Shown one piece after another: positions 1-11,485 of a stretch of 64,000 nucleotides of DNA (position 1 is the first letter of the stretch; each line of letters starts with the position of its first letter). The notes beneath the pieces were generated by a model. That model did no database searches. It was given only the letters and a program-made list of their open reading frames with translations, and had not been told where the DNA came from. The DNA is taken from assembly GCA_028534125.1 (NCBI GenBank), contig CM052816.1, positions 55,120,001 to 55,184,000 of the forward strand, read 5' to 3'. Source of the stretch: Lama glama. Taxonomy: Eukaryota. The position numbers and the translations under genes were made by a program.

Positions 1-619
1 AGGGACATGATAAGGAAATCACAAAGCTTAAAATGTGGTCCGTAATAAGTAAACAAAGTAAACGAACCATACCTTTTGCCCTGTAACTCTTCACTTTTGT
101 CTTGCTTATCTTTGCATGCAGCCAATGTGTAGCACACAGTAGGCATTTAATATTTGTTATTTTTCAGCCTTCTCCTCCTTCAGAGATGAATGGGTGTTTT
201 AGAACCTGAGAGGGAGTTACTTTGCATCTTCTAAATCAACCCTCCCAATTTAGAAATAAGGAACTAAAACTTAGTCATGTCCCCAGGTCACAAGAGAACA
301 CCCCCCACTTTCTTTGTCTCTTCCTTTCTTACAACGCACAGCACTGGGAAAGGCTGGTCATCCGTGATGACTTGCTGTTTTAATTTAGGGATGTTAAGAA
401 ATGGAACTTACAGCATCAATACTGGGCTCTACCAGGCACTGAGAGCCTACTGACCTGAAAGTACAGGGTGCCTACCTACCTGCCTTTTTAAAACAGCAAC
501 TTAGGCAAAAATTGAGTTGCATGGACATTCTAAAGTGTGTATGTCAATCACTAGCAAATAAAATTCTGAAATGTTCTCCCAACCGCCTCTTTTCCTAGAG
601 CATAGATACGGTGATTTCA

Positions 620-1085
620 CCCATTCGACAACAACTATTTATTGAGTGCTTATTATGTGCCAGGGCCATGTAACAGTGAGCCAACCAGTTTAAAATCCCT
701 CTTCTCACAGACCTTCCGAAGGGGGAAGACCGAGCTTTCTTTATTCTTTATAGAATAAAAAAAGCTCCTTGTCAATTAGAAGATGGAAGTTGCGAGGGGA
801 AATAATAAAGCTGAGAAGGGGACAGGGAGCCCCGAGGGGCGGCAGTTTTTGAAAAGGTGCTTCAAGGAGGTATAACTGAGAAGGTGACATCTGAGGAAAG
901 ACTGGAAGGAGGCACAGAAATGAGCCAGGCCACAGCTGGAGGCCGAGCAAAGGCGCGAGGTGGGACGTGTTCAAGGAAGTTCTGGCACGTTCCAGGAAGA
1001 GCAAAGAGCCTAGTGCGGTTGGGGTCAAGTAAAAGAGGAGAGGAGGGTGGAGGAGTCACGGGGGCAAATCATTCACAGCCTTAGC
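620..1085 (-). mobile_element. Ancient L2 LINE 3' fragment
   Basis: cattcgacaacaactatttattgagtgcttattatgtgccagg resembles the reverse complement of the L2 3' end, followed by L2-like gagaaggtgacatctgag...gaagga. Highly diverged. Confidence 0.6.
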
Positions 1086-1296
1086 CGACTTCCTAAACAC
1101 TGTTGGTTAGCTTTACGACAAAATCAAGAAAATGACTGGCTTATGGAAACTGTAATTGTCAGCAAATCTAAGCTGGAAAAAAAAATTCTTTCCTAGAGGT
1201 TAACAGCATCAGTCTAAGAAAAGAAAGCAGCGCGATTGGGAGTTACAGTGTGGCAATGGAAAGACTTCACTCACCAAGGACTTAAATACCACTTAC

Positions 1297-1385
1297 CCAA
1301 AGGACAGGGTGAACCAAACAATGGTGAGCTTTATGGTGTTGTCCCGGACTGGGTAGGTGAAACATCGCATGAAAGTCAACCAAAT
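1297..1385 (-). CDS. SV2C: SV2C internal coding exon (probably exon 8), 89 nt; absent from the ORF track
   Basis: Acceptor cacag|ATT TGG and donor TTT GG|gtaagt. Manual translation IWLTFMRCFTYPVRDNTIKLTIVWFTLSF(G). Phase 0 to 2. No further exon found in 1-1296. Confidence 0.96.
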
Positions 1386-1834
1386 CTGTGGAATAGTAGA
1401 GAGTCAGTTTTCTTCTGCAGTAACCTAGTCAATCCCATTCTTCAATCCCCTCCAACAAATGATTACAAATGTTGAGTTTTCTTTGGGCTGGATTATTTTA
1501 AGTTTAAAGTGTAAAAGCTAAAGGCTGTAGGAAACCAAATACTGGAATTTTCATTTGTTAGTCTCCCGGAGGCCAATGGACAAAGTAACTCAGGATTTCA
1601 GCACAGCCTGTCACTGCCGAGACTCCCTGTCTAACACCTTCCCTTCTAAAAGGGAGTATCTTGGCTACCCCACTGATCGCAAGGGGATCCTATTACCCAG
1701 TCCCACTCCAGGAGTTAGGCGTCCCGGGCAGAAAGGGGAAGAACCCCGTTCATGGGACTGGTTCAGTCATCCCTGATTCTGACTAACCTCGAGCAACAAG
1801 TTGGCCCCCAAGTCAAGGCGGGCTTGTTACTTAC

Positions 1835-1945
1835 TCCATACAGTTCTGTGCGGATCCGAACAAAACACCTCCTGTACCATGTTCCCGTGTCACTCTCAAT
1901 TTCAATCAGCTCATCTATTTGTCTTGGGGTTTTGATTCTGTTTAC
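1835..1945 (-). CDS. SV2C: SV2C internal coding exon (probably exon 7), 111 nt; absent from the ORF track
   Basis: Acceptor tacag|GTA AAC and donor GGA|gtaag. Manual translation VNRIKTPRQIDELIEIESDTGTWYRRCFVRIRTELYG. Phase 0 to 0. Confidence 0.96.
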
Positions 1946-2313
1946 CTGTAAAGAGCAACAGAGGGCAAAGTGCTGAGCTGTCTTCTCTAAAGTTGCAAAG
2001 TTTAAGCTTACAATTTGTTTTTAAAGGAGCCAAAGCTGACTCCAGCAGAAAGGAAGCAGGCATTTGATACAGAAGCAGGTATTCGAATATATATGAGACC
2101 AATGGTGTTAGTATACAGACTCAAACGGCACCTAAAAGAACTGAATAAAGGATGAATGGGAGGGAATACCATAGAGAAATGGGGGAGGAACAAGTAGTAA
2201 TGGAATAATATGAAGCCAAAATGCCCTTCTCTGAATTATTACTAAGAAGGCATTCATTAGCAGATAAAACATCTAGATAGATTCGATTTTGGATTAAGAA
2301 TTACTTTGCTTGA

Positions 2314-2419
2314 CTTAGCATGCACAAGGTCCTGTGTTCAATCCCAGTACCTCCAGTAAAATAAATACATAAAATAAACCTAATTCCCACCCCTACAAAA
2401 AATACAAAAACAAACAAAA
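2314..2419 (+). mobile_element. 5'-truncated tRNA-derived camelid SINE (vic-1 type)
   Basis: cttagcatgcacaaggtcctgtgttcaatcccagtacctcc plus A-rich tail. Perfect 18-bp TSD aagaattactttgcttga at 2296-2313 and 2420-2437. Confidence 0.88.
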
Positions 2420-3319
2420 AAGAATTACTTTGCTTGAAGTAAAGTGACTGTACACACTTTTCTTTGGAATCTGTCTATTTGATGAATTTGGCTGCTAAAT
2501 TTGGAATCTACAAATTTGCCTTAAAGCTTTCCAATCAAACTTTCATTCCTAGAGCATCCCTGTGACCTTTTCTTCTTCCTCCCGCACCGAATCCACAATG
2601 ACTGGTCATCAAACACCCACAGGTGACCATGAGGCGAGGTCCAGTGAATGAGCTTTGACTGCAAGCATCAACACTGACTCTTTAGTGACAGACGAAGAAA
2701 TGATTGAGGTTCAGCCTGAGAAGCTGTATACATGTCTTAGTCTCCCTTTGCTAAGGACAAGAACCAAGAGTCAGGAGAAGCAATGCTTTCAACACAGAGA
2801 ATGAAGCCTGAAAAGAGACAGGAAAAAAAGGAAGAATGGTTCCTTCGTGGACCTTCCTCATCTGAACCTGTTAGTCAACATCCACCTGCTTTTGATACAC
2901 CTGAGAGCAGACACAGAAATGTGTACACATGTTACCCCCACCAGGGATAATTTCTGAACAGATCTTTTGGAGAGTCTGCCAACATCTGAAGCAGGACTTC
3001 TATTGTAAGAATCCAAGAGTGGCTTCTGACAGATGCAATTTGGGGACCCTTGGTATTTTCAAATTATACCAGGTGGGCAATAGCCTCTTCCTGACTATGT
3101 AAACAAAGATGTCTGTATTTAATGAAAATAATGTCTGAGTTAAATATGGGATTCCAAATAGAGTCAGTTCCAAATCAATCATGTAGGCATTATTTTGTGA
3201 CACTACAAAAGTTTGTTTTTTTTTAACCAAAGGGTATTTTTTTAATTGAATAAAAGATTCTTTAAATTCTATAGTGCTCAACAATTTTCAAAAGTTTCAC
3301 ACAGATGATTTTATATAAT

Positions 3320-3935
3320 CCCATAATAACTCAGTTTTTTTCTCCTACCCGTATATTGCCCCTCCCCACTGGCAACCACCAGTTTGTTCTCTACGAGTCC
3401 GCTTCTTTTTTGTTTTATTCATTAGTTTGTTGTATTTTTTTTTTAGATTTCACATGTAAGTATTTTTGTCTTTCTCTGACTTATTTCACTTAGCATAATA
3501 CCCTCCAAGTCCATCCATGTTGCTGCAAATGGCAAAATTTCATTCTTTTTTATGTCTGAGTAGTATTCCCTTGTGTATATATGTATATGTGTATATATAT
3601 ATCTCTGTATATCACATACATTCTTTATCCATTCATCTGTTGATGGACACTTAGACTGCTTCCACACCTTGAAAATTATAACAAATGCTGCTATGAACAT
3701 TGGAGTGCACCTATCTTTTTGAATTAGTGTTTTTGTTTTTTTCAGCTATATACCCAGGAGTGGAATTGCTGGATCATATGATAGTCCTAAAAATAGTTTT
3801 TTGAGAACCACCATACTGTTTTCCATGGTGCATGCACTAATTTACATTCCCACCAGTGCTGTACGTGGGCTTCCTTTCCTCCACACACTTGCCAGCATTT
3901 GTTCTTTGTGTCCTTTTTGGTAATAGTCATTCTGA
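3320..3935 (-). mobile_element. L1 3' fragment (ORF2 C-terminus and 3' UTR)
   Basis: ORF 3443..3700 reads MFIAA...WKQSKCPSTDEWIK...KKNEILPFAATWMDLEGIMLSEISQ, typical of the L1 ORF2 end. Confidence 0.9.
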
Positions 3936-5865
3936 CTCAACATACTGCTTTTGGGAAGTTTTCTCTTCTCCACTCATCAGGGTTTGTGCAGTCTTACATT
4001 GGCACCCATGGGGAGCCAGGCCTGGCACTAGACCCTAGAGACACAAACACAGAACATCACACCCTCCAAGCAATGACCTCCAAACAAATAGAAAGTACTC
4101 TAATAGAATCCCTATCCGATGGGAGAGACGTATTATACAGGAACACCCAAGCTGACCTGAGAGTGAGGCTTTGTGGACTGTGGAATTTGAGCTGGAGCTT
4201 ATGGAGAAGTGCGTCAGCTGCCATGTGTGTAAACTATTTGAAGGGCATTCCAAGCGGGAAGAGTACCATGTGCAAACGTCCTGAGGTGTGAGAGAAAAGA
4301 GGGTGCTGGAATCTACAAAGAGCTTGGGGTTCCTGAAGAACAGTCCAAAGGCAGGGAGCAGTGAGTAATGAGGGCTGGACCAAATCAGTGGCAATAGGGT
4401 AGAAATTAAGGGACAATGATGAGAGATATTTAGGATGAAGGATAATAAGACACAGTAATTTCTTAGATATGATGGAGATAAAGGAAAGAAAGAGAATAGT
4501 TTTCAGGGTTCTGGTTTGGATGGTACTGGTAGTACTTGCTGTTGAATTCTGGACAAAGAAGAAGTTTGGAAACTCTTAAGATGAGAAATTCAGATTTAGA
4601 AATTCAGAATTTGAAGGGCCTATTCAGTACCTAGGAGTATGCCCACAAAGCCCTCCAACATGCATGTCTGGTGCACAGCAAATCTGCCCAGTAGGAGCTA
4701 GAGATCCAGGAGGTAGCTGAGATCAGCTAGGGCGAACGTGCAGGCTTAAAAGAGAGGTTAGATGCAAATAAAGCCCTGAAAAACAATATTTAAAGTAGGC
4801 ACACAAAAAGAAGAGCTTAAAAAGGAGACCTTGGAGGAATGCATGTAAATTCACTGTATTGTAGATACAACAAGGAAAAAGACATATGTCATGGCGGAAT
4901 CACGTAATGACTTCGAAAGTCACATATAAATGACTTGAGATTACCCTTCCTTTTAGAGTGTTCCCACCTTATTCCCGGCTAACCTTTGTATAGTCATATT
5001 AACATGGTTGGCCATGAGTGAACTTGGTAACTCAGAACTTCTGGAAGGAAAAAGCAGGTTAGCAGGGCAATGAGGCCCTACAGAGATGCCTTCTCAGAAG
5101 TCTTGGGTAAAGGGTTTATACTCATCTGCCTGAGAAGGAGTAAGAGACACTGAGTATCTAAATGATGTCTCAAGACTTCCCTTGTCTTATGGTCCTTTAA
5201 TTTTAAAATAATTCCTCCTCCACTGGGCATCTACCGAAAAGAAGAGCCTGCTCAAAGGCTTCCAGAACCTCAGTGGAGGACATGTGTTACTCATCCTCAT
5301 TTCTCCATTACACAGCATAAAAAATTTTGCTAATTAAGAATCTGTGATAATTTGGATAGAGGCCGGACTGAAGTCTGTCTTTACATGATGAAAAATTCAT
5401 TTCCTATTAAAAAATGAAATGAATAAATAAGATGTCAGCAGACTGTTTCAACAGGAACCATTTCACATATTTTATGAACTATGATTGATATTATTTAGAA
5501 GACACTGAAGATCTTACATATATCCCCATTAAACTTATTTTAGACAAGAACTTTTTTGTTTAACTGTACCATGTCAAAGGATTTAAAAATCCAGTGTTCT
5601 TTCCAAAACATTCCATGCATCCAATTTTCATTCATTTAGACTAGCTTTACATTGAGAATAAATTTTGCGTCTAGAAGATGGGAGAACATTCCATGCGGAG
5701 GGAACAGCACACACAACAGCAGAGCAGGAGGCTTAGGTAAAACGGCAGCAGGAGGCACCGAGGATGCGTGTGGCTGGTGTAGCCAGGGCAGAGTTTGCAG
5801 TCAGGCGTTTTCAGAAGAAGTTGCTGGGCCCCTGGCCTAGACGATCACTGAGAAGTCAGACTCAC

Positions 5866-5955
5866 CGTGAAGACCTTCTCAGGCTGACCCCGTGCTCTCA
5901 TGTTTGTGTCATGAATTAACTTCAGAATCATCCAGGCTTCATCATGTTTTCCAAC
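5866..5955 (-). CDS. SV2C: SV2C internal coding exon (probably exon 6), 90 nt; absent from the ORF track
   Basis: Acceptor cttag|GTT GGA and donor ACG|gtgag. Manual translation VGKHDEAWMILKLIHDTNMRARGQPEKVFT. Phase 0 to 0. Confidence 0.96.
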
Positions 5956-6432
5956 CTAAGAAATATGAGTAGACACGAAGTACCAGGACGTGAAACGCAC
6001 ATACTCACTGATTTCCCATAACCACGTGGTACTGTCAGATCAAGGCGGGTGTCAGAGCGCAAATGCATTTAGGTTCAGCCCACTGGAACATACAGACTAC
6101 CTGGACATCCCTGAGGGCACCAGCAGGTCAAGGGATGTGCCTCTAACTAGAAATAGCGCCCGTGGATAGTGACTTTCATTTATAAAACAATAAGCCACGT
6201 TCTCCTCATTGAGGGAAATGACTTGATTGAGGAGGAACTTTGGTGCTTTCTGGCCACGAGGCAGCTTTTTCACATGTTGGTTGTTGAAATAGTGTCTCCA
6301 TGACACCAAACCCTCCATAGTTTCATAATAGGAAGGGAAAATGTACCTCCCAAAGAGGAAATGTACTACAATTAAAGGGAACTTGTTCCAAGGTACAAGG
6401 CTTCCTTGAGTATTTGTAATAACGACTGTTAC

Positions 6433-6566
6433 CTCCAGCAAGAACCGTGGGCTTTCAGGCATGAACGTGAGGGCCACCACTGAGAAGACGCAGGGGAGGG
6501 CGCAGACGATGACGAACACACGCCAGCTGTGGAACTGGTAGGCCGACCCCATGCTGAAGCTCCATC
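6433..6566 (-). CDS. SV2C: SV2C internal coding exon (probably exon 5), 134 nt
   Basis: Pyrimidine tract plus ccag|GA TGG AGC, donor GAG|gtaac. Encodes (G)WSFSMGSAYQFHSWRVFVIVCALPCVFSVVALTFMPESPRFLLE, with the MFS PESPRF motif. Phase 1 to 0. Confidence 0.97.
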
Positions 6567-7664
6567 CTGGAAAAGGAAGAGGGGAGGAGTGAAGGAGGGC
6601 ACCCCCCAGACCGCCCGCGGGCAGAGCCAGGCCTCCGCCCACACTGTGTCCGCACCTCCATTTACTAGTCCCATCTTACCACCCCCAGGAGAATGAGCTG
6701 ATCTGGGCTTTAGCCACAGTGACCAGTTCAACGTGGAGACCACCAACAGCAGTGCTGAGGAGAATGGTGCTTGGAATCAAAGCGGTCTGGGCCCAGGGAT
6801 GGGGGTGCATGCGTATTTCAGTACCACCAAACTCCAAAGGCCAAGGTGATTGAACTGGGGACAGTACTTTTTCCAACAGGCCCCTGTGCTGGATGTCTTC
6901 TGTTTGCTTCTCCAGCCCATGTTCCACTCTCGCCCATCCCCATGTGCCAGGAGATGGCCCCTGATCGGCTATACCAACTGGCTCTCTTGCCCTCTGGCTT
7001 CCAGTTGGGTTTGAATAAAGGAGCCCTGTCCTGGTAGGAGAACAGAGGGCGGGAGCCGGGTTCGGGATATTTATTCCCCTTGCTTCCCTCCCTGCTGTGC
7101 CCAGCTGCACGGAGGTGTGACAGTGGGTATGCTCCCCTGACACCTTCTCCCGAAACGACAGCTCTTGTCAGTTTCTGGAACTCCCTCTCTGCTCTCACCC
7201 TCTGAGGCATAAATACTGCAAGGAACTTTTTTTTTGGATAGAAAAATTCTTTAATCAAAACAAGTTTACATGTTGACACTTACGGCTTAACAAGAATAAA
7301 TCTGTCCAAATTTAAACTGTATTAAGGACCAAACAGATACCATGTAACAGCAAGCATTCCCTCAGAACAGTGGGTCCTGGTTCCACTGTAAGATCTCTGA
7401 AAAGCAGAACTCCAGCTACTGAAATAATTCAAACTTTTCAGCTATAGGTAAAAACAATTACCCATGAGATCAAACCTTACAATGCTTGTCATGTGCAAAC
7501 ACTGGTATTAAGCCTTTTTCCCATGTTCATAGTTTCCAGACATGAAAAGTGTCTTTGAGCTACTGCAAACTACCTACTGATCTAATATTCAAAATATCTT
7601 AGAAATGCTATCTGTAAATTACCCTTAAATTCTGTGTTAACTTTGGTTCACTCTGATTCAATAT

Positions 7665-7788
7665 CTGGTAATAACGTATAATGAAAAAGAATATGGAAAG
7701 GAATATATACATGTATAACTGAACCACTATGCTGTACACCATAAACTAACATGACATTATAAATCAATTATACTTCAATTAAAAAAAA
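7665..7788 (+). mobile_element. Short L1 3' end
   Basis: gtataactgaaccactatgctgtacacc...aaatcaattatacttcaattaaaaaaaa, the same 3' end as other L1 copies in this window. Confidence 0.85.
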
Positions 7789-8991
7789 GGGGGGTACAGG
7801 ATGCCCTTCTGCCACTAGCCCCGGGGTGCTTTATTATTCTGAACTCTTTTCCATGAACCCTCTCTAAGGGTGTCATTGGTTTCCTGCCGGCACACTGACC
7901 AGCACAATTATTAAGAACTGGCATGTGCCAACCTTTCCATGCACACGTGTCATACACTGGATCAAGAGAATTTTAAATTTCTAAATAGTACTTGACTATG
8001 AAATAATAAAAACAAGCCTAATAGGATACCAACAGAAATCTCTTTAAGAACTAAAAGGAAATCAATATTTGAATGGATTTAAAATTGTGGAAACCAAGAG
8101 CCAACCACGATTCTAAATGAGAAATAATGAAGCATATCAAATCTAATTGAAAACAGAGAGATTTATAGAGGCAAAGATGAATTATGTGAGGCAAAATTCT
8201 TTTTTTTTTTTTTTTTGCAATGCTTGGTATTTAGAAGGCTGCTGTGAGCAGAAATCAGATAGTCTGTGTTTCATCCCTGGGAGAGTGGTGTAGTTCTTCT
8301 CTGTTCACTCAGGAGTCAAGTGAGATTCTGGAGGTCACATGAGTTCCTCAAGGCTGCCCAGCTGAAGTTATATACAAGGCTCTTCCCCACCAGGATTTGA
8401 GGCAGAAGCTTCCACCACACATGTCCTCATGTCTATGCTTACGTTTAAACACAGAATTTGTTGATGAATGAGGTAAACACCAATGACATGCTACATCAGT
8501 CTTAGATTAATAAACATTTTCTGGGAATTTAATACATAAGGATTATGTGGATTACTAAATTAACTACATCATAAATCTAGGAGGGGATGTCTACTCTCAA
8601 TGTTTTATGTAGCAGAAGTTCAAACATCTCAAATATCTAAAACACAGAAGAAATTCTGATGGAACAGGAAAAAAACATACCTTGTTCACTTCATATTTGA
8701 TCTGAGAGCTTCATAGATAGGACTTCTTTTCTAAACGCTCTAGATCCTATTCTTTTATACACTGCATGCAAATGAAAAAGCTTTGGATGGCTGAGTTCAG
8801 CAAAGGTAATGTTTTAAATTCCAGGCTACAGCACGGTCCATGAGGAAAGAGTGAAGACGAAAGAGAGAAAGCTCTCTGGTGCCTCTGCAATTAAAATAAT
8901 TCCAGCCAGAAGATGCAGTTTTATTTAAAAATTAGGATAAGTTATTTACTCAAGGAGAAAGTCACACTAGTAGGTGGAACAGGAACCTTCT

Positions 8992-9503
8992 TGTGGTAGA
9001 CAGGATAATGCCCCCATTGCCCTCCCCAAAGATGTCCTCTCCTAACGCCCGGAACCTGTGATTATGTTACCTTACACAGCAAACAGATTTTGCAGGTATG
9101 ATTTACTTAAGGATCCTGAGACAAAGTTATTATCCCATATTATATGGCTGGGCCCAACCTAAGTACACAGGTCTTTATAAGGGCAAGAGAGAGGCAGGAG
9201 AGTCAGAGTGAGAGGAGGAGATGTGATGAGGGAAGCAGAGGTCAGACTGGAGAGGGTTTCGACGATGTTACAGCACTGGCTTTGAGGACAGAGGAAGGGG
9301 CCACAAGCCAAGGAATGTCGGTGGTTTGTAGAAGCTGGGAAAGGCAAGGACATGTAACTGCCCTCAAGCTTCCAAAGGGAGCCTCCAGAAGCCCTGCCAA
9401 CACATTCAGACTTCTGACCTCCAGAATCATAAGATAAACTTGTGTTGCTTAAAACCAGTAAGTTTGTGGTGATTTGTCATAGCAGCGATAGGAAAGCAAC
9501 ACA
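8992..9503 (+). mobile_element. MaLR solo LTR (MLT1 family, MLT1D-like)
   Basis: Starts tgtggtagacaggataatg...cccaaagatgtcc...ggaacctgtgattatgttacctta and ends gtttgtggtgatttgtcatagcagcgataggaaagcaacaca. TG...CA termini. Confidence 0.85.
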
Positions 9504-9939
9504 CTTCTCTCTGTAGTTAGAGCGCTGCCATTAACTGGATCAACATACATTACATTGGAGAATCTTGGCTCTTCTCTATGAAAGCTCAGGCTCCCTGCTT
9601 TTGCTTGGACTTCTCCAGGTGCCTCTCCAAGGACTTCAGGCTTCCTGACAGCAGTGGAAACATTACCCTTCATCCTAACTGCTCCTGAGTATCACATCAG
9701 TCGGAGAGACACCAGCAGCAACGTCATCCCATTTACCAGTTTTCAGCCTATAGAGGAAACGACCATGACCAGCTACACTCACAAGAGAAGAAGCTGGTCC
9801 AGAGTCCAGCTCTCAGCCTAGAATGTAGTTTCGTCAGGTGTAGATTCTTCTGTCCACAGCAGCTGAAGTTCAGCCTGCTTGTTGCTGTTCAAGTCCTTCT
9901 CTACTTTATTAGCCATGAAGTCTGCCTTCTGGTCCCTTG

Positions 9940-9942
<3 letters not shown>

Positions 9943-9970
<28 letters not shown>
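9943..9970. repeat. (TG)14 microsatellite
   Basis: Read directly from the sequence. Confidence 0.95.
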
Positions 9971-9971
<1 letters not shown>

Positions 9972-10259
9972 TCACACCTCTAGAGCCAACAGAAACTGGT
10001 CCCCACCTAGGTTTCTGAGCTCGTCTTCTGCAGGTCCCCTCGCTCACTTGGTCCATCACACCAACCTGCTGCCACTTCTCTGAACAGACGAAGCTTAATT
10101 TCATCTTAAGGGCCCTGCCTTATTTCTTAGGAAGCCTAGTCATGCACTGAAAGGATGGTGGTGGACTTGAGCCAACATTTCTATGGTTTCTGAAGTGAGA
10201 GGGCTTTTTTAGTACCTCTTGTTCTCCATGGAGTCCCGCTGGAGTCTTGCGTTTTATGT

Positions 10260-10583
10260 TTTCCCTGCCCGGCCTGCTCTGTGTGAGGATCTGCACACAT
10301 GAACGCTTCCTTCACACCTTCCACGTCTCAGTTTAAGGTAATCACCTCATAGAGGGCTGAATACCCAATCACACTCGTATCACCAAGGTCCGTTTTATTG
10401 TCACCATAGCACTCATCGCTAACTAAAGCTGTGTGTTCATTAATTTTTTTCAAATTTACGATCTGTCCCTCTCCCCACCACGAGAGCAGGAACACTGTTT
10501 TTGTTACTTACCAGTACACTCCCGGTGCCTATAGCAAGTCCTGGTCCACGGCAAGTGCTCTTTAAATGTTTGTTAAATGAATG
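10260..10583 (+). mobile_element. L2 3' fragment
   Basis: Ends gcaagtgctctttaaatgtttgttaaatgaatg, resembling the L2 terminal repeat region. Confidence 0.6.
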
Positions 10584-10586
10584 TGT

Positions 10587-10610
10587 ACACACACACACAC
10601 ACACACACAC
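10587..10610. repeat. (AC)12 microsatellite
   Basis: Read directly from the sequence. Confidence 0.95.
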
Positions 10611-10764
10611 GCATACTCCTTTGTGTGTTTACATGTTCATGAACATGTGCAGAATTCACTGCAGGCTACTAAGACATTAGTTACTCAGGTTTTCTTTTGA
10701 CGTTTTTCCCCCTGAATTCACACTAAACAGCAAAACAACTTTGATCTACTTTTTCAAATAAAAC

Positions 10765-11485
10765 TTGTATACAATAAAATTTATTACTTTTTAACTTGCA
10801 TTGTTCTATGAGATTGATAAATGCATATAGTCACGTAACCACCATCGTAATCAGGATACAGATTGTTCCATCTCCCCAAAACATCCCTTTCTTCTGCCCC
10901 TTTGGAGTTAACTCTTCCTCCATTCCTAACCCCTGGCAACCACTGGTATGTTCTCTGTCCCGCAGTTTTGCCTTTTCCCCAACATCATATAAATGTATTC
11001 GTACTGTACCCAGTTTTAAATTCCGGCTTTCCACACTTAGTATAAAACACTCACGCAGACTGTTACACATATCAACAGTGGGTTCCTTTTCATTGCTGAG
11101 TAGTATTCCATCATGTGGATAGATATGTTTGTTACCACTCACCAGCTGAAGGACAGTTGGAATTTTTCCACTTTTAGGGGATTATAAATAAAGCTGTTAT
11201 CAATATTTCAGACAGGTATTTTTGTGTCCCAAAGTTGTCCTTTTCTCTCTTGGGCAAATACCTAGGAGTGGGTGAATTGAGTCATATAATGAGTATATGT
11301 TTAGCTTTATAAGAAATTGCCAAACTATTCTCCACAGTGGCTGTACCATTTTGCCTTTCTGTCAGTAGCGTATGAGCGTTCCAGCTACTTCACCCCTTCC
11401 CATCATTTTTTGGTCAATTTTTTTTTTTGGTTAAATTTTGGCCATCATGGTTTTAATTCGCACTTCCCTCATGCCTAGTGATATC
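10765..11485 (-). mobile_element. Old L1M-type LINE 3' fragment
   Basis: ccctggcaaccactg, ttgctgagtagtattccat, gggcaaatacctaggagt, aagaaattgccaaactattctccacagtggctgtaccatttt. Confidence 0.85.

Noticed and set aside
6097..6642. 181-aa ORF as a standalone gene
   Set aside because: It is the 134-nt SV2C exon read through into flanking intron. The same applies to ORFs 43895..44155 and 57745..57957.
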